From contig CALKGR010000002.1 of assembly GCA_938085445.1 (NCBI GenBank), positions 51,411 to 115,410 on the forward strand: a DNA stretch of 64,000 nt, in the 5' to 3' direction. A program made the translations under genes and the position numbers. The notes beneath the pieces were generated by a model. That model did not search any database and was not told the origin of the DNA. It saw only the letters and a list, made by a program, of their open reading frames with translations. Within the stretch, counting starts at the first letter, position 1. The number at the start of each line of letters is the position of its first letter. Source of the DNA: an uncultured Rubripirellula sp. (lineage in GTDB: Bacteria; Planctomycetota; Planctomycetia; Pirellulales; Pirellulaceae). Below are positions 20,601 through 31,229 of this stretch, piece by piece.

Positions 20601-20680
20601 GCCCAATCCGTCTGAGCTGCGAGACAATCATGAAAATAGCCAGCCAGTCGATGGTTCAGCGATGATGCTTCCTTAGCCAT
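17627..20680 (-). CDS. Superfamily 1B (Upf1/DNA2/NAM7-like) helicase with a C-terminal degenerate Vsr/DUF559-like nuclease-fold domain
   Basis: GPPGTGKS, DEASQ, VGDPNQL, LDEHFRSHP, SPFR, LQGDEKD, NVAITRAR; C-terminal SPLERDL...LARAGWAVTRI. Confidence 0.9.
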   Translation of the reverse strand: MAKEASSLNHRLAGYFHDCLAAQTDWAGSVNVFGQKDVAILPLSGGEQQDLNVDGNLALQDDEAVEFGKRAALMSGDFSLTLGALFLVGRLPAQESGKYKQLCAPILEVPVEISEAEAGGIEVRVSGSDFTVNHSLLAEIFQGEDDDLQDRLADLSERVPDFPIDDNEIETFWERFQAIAPELPLMHELPAARRNQSDRIRKISGGLDESDIERGCETELIDFFLPQVAKDDFFRVLPATAIVLGKKTGHAMSALNELRMMQEMDLSQTAFGCVFDPESAASWTIDSHERKYPDEVRPLPLTPAQGAIVESARSAPLTVVTGPPGTGKSYTIAAIMLDAMLNGQTVLLASQMDKAVEVVAKHVENRAGPLSVARSGGRKTQRELAAKISKLTGPKNNLGYSSQGTIQECAESHFELTRQSQGLADGFEKAIRAEERWSKLHEDCVRSEPLLPFESRVLPEKKLRKVKRLFERYQRYDEAGKKFLTRWWGLWNRARVKKILEIPNVEEDVSDSDIRLMLDFYTLRHELQGVERRLKHPFVVDLVWGQILELKQQRHKCALDLLRMMRERRLKKLIDNQKNRTDLRNLSKLLRRRDRKLKSELKREMDHGLLTDAFPAWASTNRALCEVLPANPGLFDVVVIDEASQCDLALAGVALMRGKRAVVVGDPNQLRHVCFLSRTREKAYCVKNALDESEQRRFHFRRSLFDVAADAVEQQHFYLLDEHFRSHPHIINFSNEKFYDGDLKIMTGRPGKSESSIELREVAGGREVDSSVNLAEVEETVQQVVRFVESQGVSKPLSIGVVSPFRDHADEIQRRLIESFSSDVILRHGMTVGTAHALQGDEKDVVIMTTSIDKGSHRGSLQFLETPNLFNVAITRARKLLVVVTSVKAADLSKGLLKDFLVYANNPAKSVFKDERSCSPLERDLEETLKKSGMQVWTDFDATGTRVPLIAGCNDSRLAVMYDAHKSTPADSWVQLEEQLRLARAGWAVTRIPHRTFVGDPLAVTKHISEGLSHEAG

Positions 20681-21096
20681 GCTGCTAACGCTCCCCGGGA
20701 CTTCTGATCTTTGCGACTCGTACTCCTAAGTATAACACGCAACACTCGACCCGCGTTGGTGGTCAGTCCACACGCAAACTACACAACGACTCACCCGTTC
20801 CTGCTTACAGCTAGCTGCTTCCCAACTCCGACTGTACTTACAATGCTACGTCACAAGACTTGGTCGCAACCCTCGAAAACGTAACGCACCGCCTCGAATG
20901 AAAAAGCTCGCTATCGCGAGTTTGGCTTTCGAACGGACTAAATCAGCACGAAAGTGTCATTCCACCTCTCACGAAACTCTTTTCGGTTAGAATGATGGGC
21001 CAACAGAGGTAACGCGGGATTGCCACACATCACAGCAGCATGTTTTACCTCCCCAGACTTACCCCACTCCCCAAACCGCAGCTTCAGATTTACATC

Positions 21097-21819
21097 ATGA
21101 GCATTTCCCACACGTTGTCTTTTATCCTCTGCATGTCGTTCCTTCCGGTGGTCACTGCAGAGGAACTAACACCTCTTTTTAATGGCAAGACCCTCGAAGG
21201 TTGGGCCGGCCAATCCGGTTTCTGGAGCGTCCAGGACGGCGCAATCGTTGGCGAAACCACCAAGGAGAATCCGGCAAAGCCCAACACATTCCTCGTCTGG
21301 CAAGGCGGAGAGTTGTCCGACTTCGAACTCACCTGTAAAGTTCGTTTCCGGGGCAATAATTCCGGCGTGCAATATCGCAGTGAACTGACGGACCCCGAGA
21401 AGTTCGCCTTGAAGGGATACCAAGCTGATCTTCACCCCAAGCCTGAGTACTTTGGGATGATGTACGGAGAGAAAACTGGCCGAGGGGTTATCGCACAACG
21501 ATTCCAACGTGCTGTCGCAGGCCCCAAAGGCAAAGCAAAGGTCATTGCATCCATCGGTGATCCTGAGCAGAAGTTGGTTGATTGGGATTGGAACACGCTG
21601 CGAATTGTTGCTGTTGGGAACCAGCTCATCCATCAAGTTAATGGTGTCAACACAATGGAACTGATTGATAACCATCCCGAAGCATTTTCAAAGGGCGTTC
21701 TTGGCCTCCAACTGCACGCAGGTGCGCCGATGCGCGTCGAGTTCAAAGACATTCAGTACCGTCCCCTCAAAGGAAAAGAGGCAAAAGCGGTACTCAATGC
21801 TGCAATCGAAAAGCAGTGA
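21097..21819 (+). CDS. DUF1080 (3-keto-disaccharide hydrolase-like) protein
   Basis: LFNGKTLEGW, NSGVQYRS, GYQAD, WNTLRI, GVLGLQLHAG..VEFKDI; signal peptide from ATG 21097. Confidence 0.93.
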   Translation: MSISHTLSFILCMSFLPVVTAEELTPLFNGKTLEGWAGQSGFWSVQDGAIVGETTKENPAKPNTFLVWQGGELSDFELTCKVRFRGNNSGVQYRSELTDPEKFALKGYQADLHPKPEYFGMMYGEKTGRGVIAQRFQRAVAGPKGKAKVIASIGDPEQKLVDWDWNTLRIVAVGNQLIHQVNGVNTMELIDNHPEAFSKGVLGLQLHAGAPMRVEFKDIQYRPLKGKEAKAVLNAAIEKQ

Positions 21820-21863
21820 CGCCCATTCATGACGTCAATCATCCTCCACCCTCGGTTTCGTCG

Positions 21864-21920
21864 ACCGAGACCGACTCGTACAACCGATTCCGAGTTGTCC
21901 GACCGATTCCGAGTCGTGCG
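21864..21920. repeat. Three degenerate 19-bp tandem repeats
   Basis: accgagaccgactcgtaca / accgattccgagttgtccg / accgattccgagtcgtgcg; units 2 and 3 match at 17 of 19 positions. Confidence 0.65.
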
Positions 21921-21994
21921 GCGGCAGGAAGATTTTCACTTCTGCCGGAATCTAACCAGGCACCATCCCAGCACCCAAACTCAATGGCTACCCC

Positions 21995-22981
21995 GTGAAT
22001 CGCATCGTAATCACGTCGCTGATCCTTGCATTCGTTTTAATGATGCAGCCTGCCTCACACCAGTTGGCTGTTGCGCAGCAACTTGGGAATGTCGCACGTG
22101 AACAACCTGTGCGTCGACCCGCAAAGTATTCTCCTGAAATACCACCTGCTACGTTTTCCGAAATAGCTTACGGACTGCACCCGCGGCAGGTCCTCGATTT
22201 CTGGAAAGCTTCATCCAGTGAACCGACGCCGGTCGCGTTCGTGATTCACGGCGGTGGTTGGAAAGGAGGCTCAAAGGAATGGGTCCATCGATTCGTCGAA
22301 GTTAACGACCTGCTCAGTGCTGGCGTCTCTGTCGTCGCAATCAACTACCGATATGTAACACAGGCTGAGAAGGACGCGAGCACTCCACCAGTTCACGCCC
22401 CACTACACGATGCCGCGCGAGCACTCCAGTTTGTGCGATCGAAGTCGCAGGAGTGGAACATCGACAAGGGCAAGATTGGTGCTGCTGGCGGTTCTGCAGG
22501 CGCGTGCTCCAGCTTATGGCTCGCGTTTCATGACGATATGCAGGACCCAACAAACCGCGATCCCGTTTCCCGTGAATCAACGCGACTTCAATGTGCCGCC
22601 GTCCGTGGTGCTCAAACCACCTTGGACCCGAAACAAATGCGGGAATGGACACCCAACAGTAAATATGGAGGGCACGCCTTCGGAATCCAAGGAAAAGGTT
22701 TCGAGGTCTTTTACAACGCCAGACCAAGACTCCTCAGCTGGATCAACGAATATTCACCCTACGCCCTCGTCAGCAGAGACGATCCGCCGGTCGCTCTTTA
22801 TTACACTGCCAAACCGGAACTTGGAAAACCACAAAAAGATCCGACGCATACCGCCAATTTTGGCGTGAAGCTGCAGGAGCATTGCCTCGCGACCGGAACA
22901 GATTGCCATTTGATTTATCCTGGAGTCATCAACCCTCAACACCCCACCCCGACCAGTTTTCTGATTCAGAAATTAAAGTAA
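21995..22981 (+). CDS. Secreted alpha/beta-hydrolase (HSL/BD-FAE-like carboxylesterase)
   Basis: IHGGGW oxyanion motif, GGSAG nucleophile elbow, DPTH. Confidence 0.9.
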   Translation: MNRIVITSLILAFVLMMQPASHQLAVAQQLGNVAREQPVRRPAKYSPEIPPATFSEIAYGLHPRQVLDFWKASSSEPTPVAFVIHGGGWKGGSKEWVHRFVEVNDLLSAGVSVVAINYRYVTQAEKDASTPPVHAPLHDAARALQFVRSKSQEWNIDKGKIGAAGGSAGACSSLWLAFHDDMQDPTNRDPVSRESTRLQCAAVRGAQTTLDPKQMREWTPNSKYGGHAFGIQGKGFEVFYNARPRLLSWINEYSPYALVSRDDPPVALYYTAKPELGKPQKDPTHTANFGVKLQEHCLATGTDCHLIYPGVINPQHPTPTSFLIQKLK

Positions 22982-23275
22982 ATCACACCCTTGGTGAGCC
23001 AACAGCTCCTGAAACGGTCGAAAACAAAACCCTTATTCGTTGAACGAACCCGAACCGTCATAACACTTGCCATCTCCTCCATGACGGATCGGTTCTCTCA
23101 TCAGCCAGTCTTATCAACGGCAACGACTATCGTTCATTTTTGACCTGCCGAAACCTAATAACAAGCCGGTCCCCCAAGGTGCCGCGTTCACAGCATTGCC
23201 ATGCCATCGAGAAAAAGAGTGTTGCAAAAACAGTTTCCAGATGACCCGCAAACAATTCAAGAGTGAGACGAATTC

Positions 23276-24898
23276 GTGACCATCCGTGTCTGGTTAGCTT
23301 GTATCTCCTTGATCTTAACGGTTCCGGGCTCTTGCTTCAGCGGGAAAACTTCTCGACCAAATATCGTGTTGATCCTTGCGGACGACTTGGGCTACAGCGA
23401 CCTCGGCTGCTTTGGCGGAGAGATTGATACGCCCTCACTTGATTCGCTTGCTTCCGCTGGAGTGCGATTGACCCACTTCTATACCACGGGAAGATGCTGT
23501 CCATCTCGGGCCGCCCTGCTGACCGGCCACTATCCACATCGTGTAGGCCTCGGGCACATGGCAGGAAACGATCTTGAGCGTCCTGGTTATCGAGGACGCG
23601 TTGCTGAACACGCCATCACTCTCGCCGAAACGTTATCCGAAGCCGGCTACCGCACTTACATGTCTGGCAAATGGCACTTGGGAACCAAAGATCCAATCAA
23701 TCACGGGTTTGAACAGTTCTACGGCACACTCGTCAGTGCCAAACGTTTTTTTGATCCTGACCACCTCATCCGATTACCCGGTGACCAGCCACCCCGCAAA
23801 TACAAAAGCAATCAGTACTACGCAACAGATGCCGTCACCGACCACGCTCTCGATTTCATTGATAACGCACGCACGACGCCCGAAAAACCTTTCTTTCTAT
23901 ACCTTGCCTATCATGCGCCTCATTTTCCGCTCCAAGCTCCGCATGAATGGATACAAAAATACCAAAAACGTTATTCCACTGGTTGGGATCAACTCCGCAC
24001 CGAACGCCTCGCACGAATGAAGGAAATGGGAATTCTTCCCCCACATACGAAACTAAGTCCACGCTCAACATGGAAGAACTACGGTGAAACCAAGAGCGGA
24101 ACCAATCCTGCTTGGAACACCCTTACAGAACCCCGCAAAAAAGATCTTGCCCGACGGATGGCAATCTACGCAGCCATGGTTGACCGTATGGATCAACAAA
24201 TTGGCCGAGTAGTTAAAGCCTTAAAAGACGAAAACAAACTCACCAACACCCTGATTATCTTCACTTCCGACAACGGTGCCTGCTTCGAATGGGATCCATT
24301 CGGCTTCGATGTCAAATCAAGCAATCACAACATCCTGCATGAAGGGTCAGCCCTTGAGCAAATGGGCAGTAGCAGCACATTTCACAGCCTTGGATCCGGT
24401 TGGGCAAATGCCTGCAACACTCCTTGGCGGCTATACAAACATTTTAACCACGAAGGTGGCATCTCATCTCCTGCGATTATCCACTGGCCAAACCAGGCGT
24501 CACTCAAGCCTGGAACGATTCATACCACGCCGGCCCACTTGATCGACATTTACCCAACTTTGCTTTCCGTCGCAGGCTCCCCGTACCAGGGGCCCACCCC
24601 ACTCCCCGGCCTCAACCTGTTCACGGACTCCGACAGCCTCAACAGTGAACGAACTTTGTTTTTTGAACATCAAGGAAACCGCGCAGTGCGACAGGGCCGC
24701 TGGAAGCTAGTCGCACTCGATGATCAGCCGTGGGAATTATATGACCTGAGAACTGATCGTATCGAATCAACGAATCTTGCCAAAATGAAACCCAGTAAAA
24801 CTTCTGAACTAGACGCGAAATGGAAGCAGTGGGCCTTAAAGAACCATGTCACTCCTCTGCCTCGAGATCTGAAAGTGAAATACTTGAAACCTGATTGA
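23276..24898 (+). CDS. Arylsulfatase (S1)
   Basis: [51 protein letters not shown]. Confidence 0.95.
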   Translation: MTIRVWLACISLILTVPGSCFSGKTSRPNIVLILADDLGYSDLGCFGGEIDTPSLDSLASAGVRLTHFYTTGRCCPSRAALLTGHYPHRVGLGHMAGNDLERPGYRGRVAEHAITLAETLSEAGYRTYMSGKWHLGTKDPINHGFEQFYGTLVSAKRFFDPDHLIRLPGDQPPRKYKSNQYYATDAVTDHALDFIDNARTTPEKPFFLYLAYHAPHFPLQAPHEWIQKYQKRYSTGWDQLRTERLARMKEMGILPPHTKLSPRSTWKNYGETKSGTNPAWNTLTEPRKKDLARRMAIYAAMVDRMDQQIGRVVKALKDENKLTNTLIIFTSDNGACFEWDPFGFDVKSSNHNILHEGSALEQMGSSSTFHSLGSGWANACNTPWRLYKHFNHEGGISSPAIIHWPNQASLKPGTIHTTPAHLIDIYPTLLSVAGSPYQGPTPLPGLNLFTDSDSLNSERTLFFEHQGNRAVRQGRWKLVALDDQPWELYDLRTDRIESTNLAKMKPSKTSELDAKWKQWALKNHVTPLPRDLKVKYLKPD

Positions 24899-24996
24899 CC
24901 CCATCATGCTCGGGTTGCCATTCCAGCAGTCACACTCGCAAGCCTGTTCCCAAAGTCACTAAGCATCCTCAAGTCAAATCGACTCCCCCGACAAGA

Positions 24997-26508
24997 ATGA
25001 ATACCAATCCATCGCTGATTACCAAATCACTACTGTTCATAGTCCTTCTGTGCCTTTTCGATTACAAAGTCACTGCACAACCACCTACCGCCGCCGATGC
25101 AACATCGCAGGCTCGTCCAAACATTGTTTGGATTCTGGTCGACGACATGTCTGGCCATTTTGGTTATCAAGGCGAGTCGCTCGTCTCAACGCCCAATGTA
25201 GATCGTCTTGCAAAGGAGGGCATTGCCTTCACCCGCGCGTACGCCACCGCTCCCGTCTGCTCAACCTTCCGATCCGCCCTTATCACCGGCATGTATCAGA
25301 CAAGCATTGGTGCCCATCATCATCGCAGTTCCAGAGGTAAGCTAAAAATCAAGTTACCGCAGGGCGTTGTTCCTATTCCCCAGTTGTTTCGTGATGCGGG
25401 CTACTACACCTCAAACGGAAATGAGAGCGGGTCTCGATCTGGAAAAGAGGACTATAACTTTGAGTACAGAAAACAGGACTTGTATGATGGCTCCGACTGG
25501 AGTGGACGAAAAAAGAATCAGCCATTTTTTGCACAGTTCCAACTCCGCGGCGGAAAGCACAGAAACATCCCCGAAAACTACGCGCGGATACGTAGTGAGC
25601 TGCACTCTCCGATTGACCCCACAAGCGTCGAACTGCCTCCTTACTATCCCGATCATCCCGTCATACGCGAGGACTGGGCCGCGTATCTCGACTCGGTGAA
25701 CCAAACGGACATTGAGGTTGGAAAGATCATCACTAAGTTGAAAAATGCTAAAGTCCTCGACAATACAATCATTTTTTTCCTCACTGATCATGGGATCAGC
25801 CACGCTCGTGGGAAGCAGTTTCTTTACGAAGAGGGTTTAAGCATTCCCTTCATTGCGTGGGGACCAGAATTGCCAGCCGCAGCTTCTGTGCGTGACGACC
25901 TCGTAGCTCACATCGATCTTGCCGCAACATCTTTGCACTTAGCTGGTATCCCGATTCCGAAAACAATGCAGGGACGTTCGCTGTTCGCTCAAGATTTCCA
26001 GCCACGTTCCTACGTTGTTTCTGCCCGTGATCGATGCGATGAGACAGTCGATCACATTCGCAGTATTCGAGAAGGGGAGTACAAGTACATAAGAAATTAC
26101 CTTCCACAACGACCGTATCTGCAACCCTGTAAATACAAGGATGAGAAACCGTTCATGCCCGTGCTAAGGCAACTTTACGCAGCAGGAAAACTTAATACGG
26201 CACAATCATTAATCATGGCAAACCAACGACCGACCGAGGAATTGTACAACCTCGATATTGATCCCTGGGAACTCAACAATCTCGCAGACGTCCCATCACA
26301 ACAAAAGCGGTTACAGAAGTATCGCAAACTGCTCAGCCAATGGGAACGTGACAGTAATGACCAAGGACGTGTTTTCGAGGATACCAGAATGTACGATAGT
26401 GATATGAGTGTCTACATACACAGGTTGCGCAGTCGACATCCGGAAAAGGTAAAGACCATTGAGCAAAACATCGCATTGATGAAAAAATGGCAACAGGATG
26501 GAAAGTAA
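24997..26508 (+). CDS. S1 sulfatase with CSTFR motif
   Basis: [44 protein letters not shown]. Start taken at ATG 24997. Confidence 0.93.
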   Translation: MNTNPSLITKSLLFIVLLCLFDYKVTAQPPTAADATSQARPNIVWILVDDMSGHFGYQGESLVSTPNVDRLAKEGIAFTRAYATAPVCSTFRSALITGMYQTSIGAHHHRSSRGKLKIKLPQGVVPIPQLFRDAGYYTSNGNESGSRSGKEDYNFEYRKQDLYDGSDWSGRKKNQPFFAQFQLRGGKHRNIPENYARIRSELHSPIDPTSVELPPYYPDHPVIREDWAAYLDSVNQTDIEVGKIITKLKNAKVLDNTIIFFLTDHGISHARGKQFLYEEGLSIPFIAWGPELPAAASVRDDLVAHIDLAATSLHLAGIPIPKTMQGRSLFAQDFQPRSYVVSARDRCDETVDHIRSIREGEYKYIRNYLPQRPYLQPCKYKDEKPFMPVLRQLYAAGKLNTAQSLIMANQRPTEELYNLDIDPWELNNLADVPSQQKRLQKYRKLLSQWERDSNDQGRVFEDTRMYDSDMSVYIHRLRSRHPEKVKTIEQNIALMKKWQQDGK

Positions 26509-26636
26509 CCTGCCGAAATGCGGAAAAAAAAGTGTCGTCGTTTTGAACTTTGAAAAAAGAGCAACCCCCGCCAAAAGACCAACGTCCAATCAACCCGACG
26601 ACGAGTCTCCCAACTTACCCAAGCAAGTTTCAGGTC

Positions 26637-28265
26637 ATGATGCCATCATCCTCTTTTTTCCATTTGCAGCGTCAGACTACTCTTGGCCTGTTTGCTTTCT
26701 GCATCACCTGCACCGAATTAGCGACGGCAACAGAAATACCATTGCCAAACATTATCATTGTCTATGCTGATGACTTGGGATTCGGTGATCTCTCCTGTTA
26801 CAACCCAAAGGCAGCCTACCGAACTCCCCGCTTGGACCAGATGGCCGCCGAGGGAATACGTTTTACTGACGCACACAGTCCCTCAACCATCTGTTCACCA
26901 TCGCGTTACGGACTGTTCTCTGGTCAGCAGATCTACCGCTCTACGGGCCGAGGCGGTGGAGCGTTTGAGGGTCCCGGTGGCCCGAGCTATCTGAAACCTG
27001 GCACACTCACCTTGGCTGAAATGCTCAAGAGGCAGGGATATCACACTGGCGTCTTTGGTAAATGGCACGTTGGTCTCACCTGGGTCGACAAAAACAGTCA
27101 ACGGCTAGGAGGTGGCTTTGAAAATTCACTGTTGATTGATTACGAAAAGAGCACCCCACTCGTTGACGGTCCCAACGCCCGAGGTTTCGATGAATCGTTC
27201 GTTACCCCGAACTGCCCCAATACAGATCCCCTCTACATTTACATTGAAAACGGGATGGTAAGCAAACCTGCAAGTCAGCGACACAAGCGAGACACCCTAC
27301 CGAACCTGGGTGGTAAATGGCTTTGGGATAATGACGAAGGTTGGAAATCACCAGGCTACGATTTCATCAACGCTGACTTACTATTTTACGAGAAGACCAA
27401 AGCCTTCATCGAACGGCACCGCGCTACTAACGCACACAAGCCCTTTTTTGCCGTACTCTCAACCCAAATCGCTCACGCCCCCGTCCTGCCGGCTCCCGAA
27501 TTCAATAATGCAACGAAGGCTGGACCTCGCGGCGATTTCGTCTGGGAACTCGATGTTTTGGTAGGTCGTCTGCTCGACCTGGTTCGTGAGCAAGGAATCG
27601 ACGACAACACTCTGATCATCTTCAATGCGGATAACGGTGCCGAAACCTTACATGTCGATTGGATGAGGCGTGACCATCAACATGATGCCTCGGGGGGATA
27701 TCGAGGCATGAAGCGAGACGGCTGGGAGGGTGGACACCGTGTACCGATGATTGCACGATGGCCAACCGTAATTCCAACCAATCAAGTATCTGATCAGATG
27801 ACCAACACTACCGATTTGTTCGCAACCTTAGCGTCAGTCACTGGCTACCATCTGCAACCAAAAGATGCAACCGACAGCTTTGATATGATGCCCGTGATGC
27901 TGGGACTTGTCGAAGACTCAAACCCAATACGCCCCCACTTATTGACCCAAAGCTTCCGCGGTGAATTCCAAATCAGACAAGGACAATGGAAATATCTTGA
28001 CCACACAGGCTCTGGCGGAAACAATTACGACCGACCACCACTCAGACAATACGCTCTGCCCGAGAATGCTCCCGACGCGACTGGCCAACTGTACAATCTT
28101 GAAACGGACCCAGGTGAAACAACCAACCTATACTTTGAAGCACCGGACAAACGAAAACAACTACAGACACTGCTGCAGCAACTGAAGAACTCAGGCCGCA
28201 GCGCGCCGAGGAAACGCTTGCCCATGGGAATCAAAAAGATCCGCAGTTTTGCCACCCAACAATAA
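26637..28265 (+). CDS. Arylsulfatase (S1)
   Basis: PNIIIVYADDLGFGD, ICSPSRYGL, GKWHVG, ADNGA, GMKRDGWEGGHRVP. Confidence 0.95.
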   Translation: MMPSSSFFHLQRQTTLGLFAFCITCTELATATEIPLPNIIIVYADDLGFGDLSCYNPKAAYRTPRLDQMAAEGIRFTDAHSPSTICSPSRYGLFSGQQIYRSTGRGGGAFEGPGGPSYLKPGTLTLAEMLKRQGYHTGVFGKWHVGLTWVDKNSQRLGGGFENSLLIDYEKSTPLVDGPNARGFDESFVTPNCPNTDPLYIYIENGMVSKPASQRHKRDTLPNLGGKWLWDNDEGWKSPGYDFINADLLFYEKTKAFIERHRATNAHKPFFAVLSTQIAHAPVLPAPEFNNATKAGPRGDFVWELDVLVGRLLDLVREQGIDDNTLIIFNADNGAETLHVDWMRRDHQHDASGGYRGMKRDGWEGGHRVPMIARWPTVIPTNQVSDQMTNTTDLFATLASVTGYHLQPKDATDSFDMMPVMLGLVEDSNPIRPHLLTQSFRGEFQIRQGQWKYLDHTGSGGNNYDRPPLRQYALPENAPDATGQLYNLETDPGETTNLYFEAPDKRKQLQTLLQQLKNSGRSAPRKRLPMGIKKIRSFATQQ

Positions 28266-28330
28266 CTAGCCCCGATGCTAATAGCCTGCCAGCAGACGGC
28301 TAGTAACCAGTAACGGGCAACTTTCAGTCA

Positions 28331-28948
28331 CTAACCCTCACCAGTGCATTCACGCTCAAACTGGGTAACAAATGCTCGCATGAAGTCCTCCCGAGACTTT
28401 GCCATCAACCGTCCTGCGTCCGTATTCATCAAGTCCCGCAACTTGAATAGTTTTTCGTGGAAATGACCAATCCCAGACTTCTGGTTTTCACCATTGGGAG
28501 AATAAAAAGGCTGATCAAAAACAGCGCCAAACTCGACCGTCCTCACGATTCCGATTGCGCCCAACGCATCCAAACGGTCTGCATCCTGCACCACCTGCCC
28601 CTCGAGAGAAAGAGCTTCGGCTGTATCGCGTTTGCGAAAAGAGATGTTATCAACAACCTGCGCTACGTGATTGATAGTAACTTCATCAACACCCAATTGG
28701 GTCAAGATCTCAATCGTAAATTCTGCGCTTCGTTCTTTACCATTGTGAAACTTTGCGTCTCCGATATCGTGAAGAAGTGCAGCCAGCTCGATCACGTAAG
28801 AATCACCACCGCATGTCCTGTTAAGCTTGCGGGCGGTTGCCCAAACTCGTTGAATATGGTCGTACCCGTGACCTGCGCCTTGGTCAGCCAATCTTGACTG
28901 CACAATGAACGCCACCTGTTCTATCAATTGCTGCTGGTTAAGACCCAC
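28331..28948 (-). CDS. HD-domain phosphohydrolase (YedJ/YpgQ-like)
   Basis: GHGYDHIQRV, AALLHDIGD, VQDADRLDALGAIGIVR, HFHEKL. Likely GTG start at 28948 with GAGG upstream (ORF track starts at 29050). Confidence 0.9.
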   Translation of the reverse strand: MGLNQQQLIEQVAFIVQSRLADQGAGHGYDHIQRVWATARKLNRTCGGDSYVIELAALLHDIGDAKFHNGKERSAEFTIEILTQLGVDEVTINHVAQVVDNISFRKRDTAEALSLEGQVVQDADRLDALGAIGIVRTVEFGAVFDQPFYSPNGENQKSGIGHFHEKLFKLRDLMNTDAGRLMAKSREDFMRAFVTQFERECTGEG

Positions 28949-30015
28949 GATTTCCTCATCCACGTCTTTTGACTCAATGACAAACCCTCTTACTTGTATA
29001 ACGCAATGCATACGTGAGAAGGAAGATACCAAAACCACAACGTGCCGCATTCAGGTGTATTTTCATAGGTATAACGAAGACGCCCCTCTGTTCGCTGATT
29101 CGTTTTCCGAAATTGGAAAGCTGGCTTTTTTAGAAATGCACACACTCACCTAAATACGAAACACACACCGGCGTTAACGCCGCATCCCCGCGGCACCATC
29201 GAAAACTGTTTGTTGATACACCTGCCAAACACGCAGGGCTTGGCCACTGTCGGACACAGCACAAAAAACCTAGCCGTTGGCTTTACCGAAAGCCCCAAAG
29301 TCGGACAAACGACGCCGTGGCGAAAATTGCCGACCCTGAGCAAAACGACGGCATGCAAAGACCGCCTCGTGTACACGTATAGAAAGGTAGGACGGTGTTC
29401 TGAACTCAGCTCTCCCCATTTGAATGGGGCCTCTGAGCGAGCTCCACCCGATTACCACAGTTTCAAAGCAAACGGTGTAAAGATAAAGACTGACTAATCG
29501 TGCAACGAGCAGAGCAGATAGACACTCTTCATCCAAAATGCCCCGGTGAAACACACCTGGTCCCTAATAGGGGATCGCGTGCTTTTTCAGCGAACCAATT
29601 TCACAAATCGTTGTCGACACTGCGACCATGAAAACCAAGAAAACTGCTACTTTGCCGACCACGCAAGCCGTCGGGGACAGATTCGCCTGAACAGTCAGAA
29701 AAGGAACACGCAACTGCAACGCGAGTATCTTCAAAGTGTACGTGCCAATTCCAAATCAACTGTACATTGCGAAACAATCAACGCCGAGGCACTGTTGGGA
29801 TTCGCATACCAACTACAATACGGAAACTCAAAAAATCGAAGCTTCAGTCCACGACCACGCAGTACATGCAAAAGTATGGGACTGCATGGAACCCACCGTA
29901 TCTACTTGCAACTGCCAAGGTGAAACGTGCGTGTAATGACCATCATGGCGAGTAAAATCCCGCATCCACCAATTGAACCGTTTCGTTTGCTCAAGGTGTT
30001 AACCAGTGGAAACAA

Positions 30016-30115
30016 GCGTCTCAGAGGCACCGCATTACCGGACAGCGTTCGACTCTAACTTTCCATCTACCCATGAAGGAAAGCATGGCACCGAGTTTAA
30101 CGGCCACTGAGACGC
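30016..30115. other. 100-bp inverted-repeat-bounded structured element
   Basis: GCGTCTCAGAGGC ... GCCACTGAGACGC (13-bp IR, 1 mismatch) enclosing a CTTTCC/GGAAAG hairpin. Confidence 0.35.
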
Positions 30116-30445
30116 AACTTCGCTTCCATCAAATTCAGCATATCGGTTTACGCATCCAGTTGTAGGTCCAATAAAATCGAGTATTCGGTATTCACATCAT
30201 TCTCGCTTATATTCCCTGCTCCAGAACGTTGGCCACACGACCAGTCACTTGGTGACATGCTCCCACGTACGTGCCACGCCAATAACGGGTAAACTCTTGG
30301 GGACCCCAGAAACGTGAGTAGTACAAGTCCAATCGGTGGCAAGAGCAAGTACCGGTGGAAAGCCAACTGAAAAACCAGGGGCAACTAGAATTCATGTCGC
30401 GCCAAGCAAAGTGAAAAGCGTTTCACCAACAATGCAACAAATGAA

Positions 30446-31138
30446 ATGAAGCGCCGCCAAACCTTGTTAATCCTCTTGATCTTCGCTGCTGCGATGGCGT
30501 TGCTCGAAGCTGCCGTTGTCATTTACATGCGGCGGCTGTTTTACCCTGAGAATCCCCTAGATCTTTTCCCTTTAACATTTTTGGGCTCATACGATCCCAT
30601 TTTGGAACTCGCGCGAGAACTATCAACCATCGTCATGTTGGGGACGGTCGCGCTGCTGGCTGAACGCTCTAGCTTGAACCGTTCGTTTGCAGCCTTCGTA
30701 TTTGTGTTCGGTGTCTGGGATATACTGTATTACGCTTGGCTCAAAGCGTTGCTTGGCTGGCCACGTGAATTGCTCGAATGGGACGTACTCTTTTTGGTCC
30801 CATCCATTTGGCTCGGTCCATGGATTTGCCCAGCACTGATCGCACTAATGTTCGTGGTCTGGGGCACCCCGATGTTGCTTAGTCAAAGTGAACATACCCT
30901 TACCAAGAAGGGTTTTTTAACCTTTACGATTGGCGCAATTGGAGGCCTCGTGACGTTCCTCCAACCGGCGGTCCCAATCTGGTGGGAGGGTGGAACGACG
31001 AACCTCATGGCTTACCGACCTGGCAACTTTTGGTGGTGGTTATTCATTCCATCCTATATGGTGATGGCTATTGGCTTGGGAAGTTGCTTTTGGTGTGAAA
31101 AAACACAGGGCGCAGCATCTCCCAAAATCGACAATTGA
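30446..31138 (+). CDS. Multi-pass membrane protein of unknown function
   Basis: About six hydrophobic helices with motif-like segments LEAAVVIYMR, ELARELST, FGVWDILYY and WDVLFLVP..W.GP. Confidence 0.85.
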   Translation: MKRRQTLLILLIFAAAMALLEAAVVIYMRRLFYPENPLDLFPLTFLGSYDPILELARELSTIVMLGTVALLAERSSLNRSFAAFVFVFGVWDILYYAWLKALLGWPRELLEWDVLFLVPSIWLGPWICPALIALMFVVWGTPMLLSQSEHTLTKKGFLTFTIGAIGGLVTFLQPAVPIWWEGGTTNLMAYRPGNFWWWLFIPSYMVMAIGLGSCFWCEKTQGAASPKIDN

Positions 31139-31229
31139 ATCCTCGAATCCCAAATTCCGAAACTGCTGTACCGGATAATTGTTCCTTGATCTGACCCTTC
31201 ATGCCTTGATCTGACACTAGACTTCATTG

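Noticed and set aside
21864..21920. Tandem repeats as a mini-CRISPR
   Set aside because: The units are contiguous with no spacers, and no cas genes are present.
30060..30100. GAAGGAAAGCA and GGCACCGAGT resembling SRP RNA or tracrRNA fragments
   Set aside because: No CAGG...GGAA...AGCAG SRP core, no complementary CGGTGC, and no cas genes or array.
29050..30400. Small ORFs in the long intergenic region
   Set aside because: Mutually overlapping, Cys/Arg/Ser-rich and motif-free; no support for coding or for a transposase remnant.
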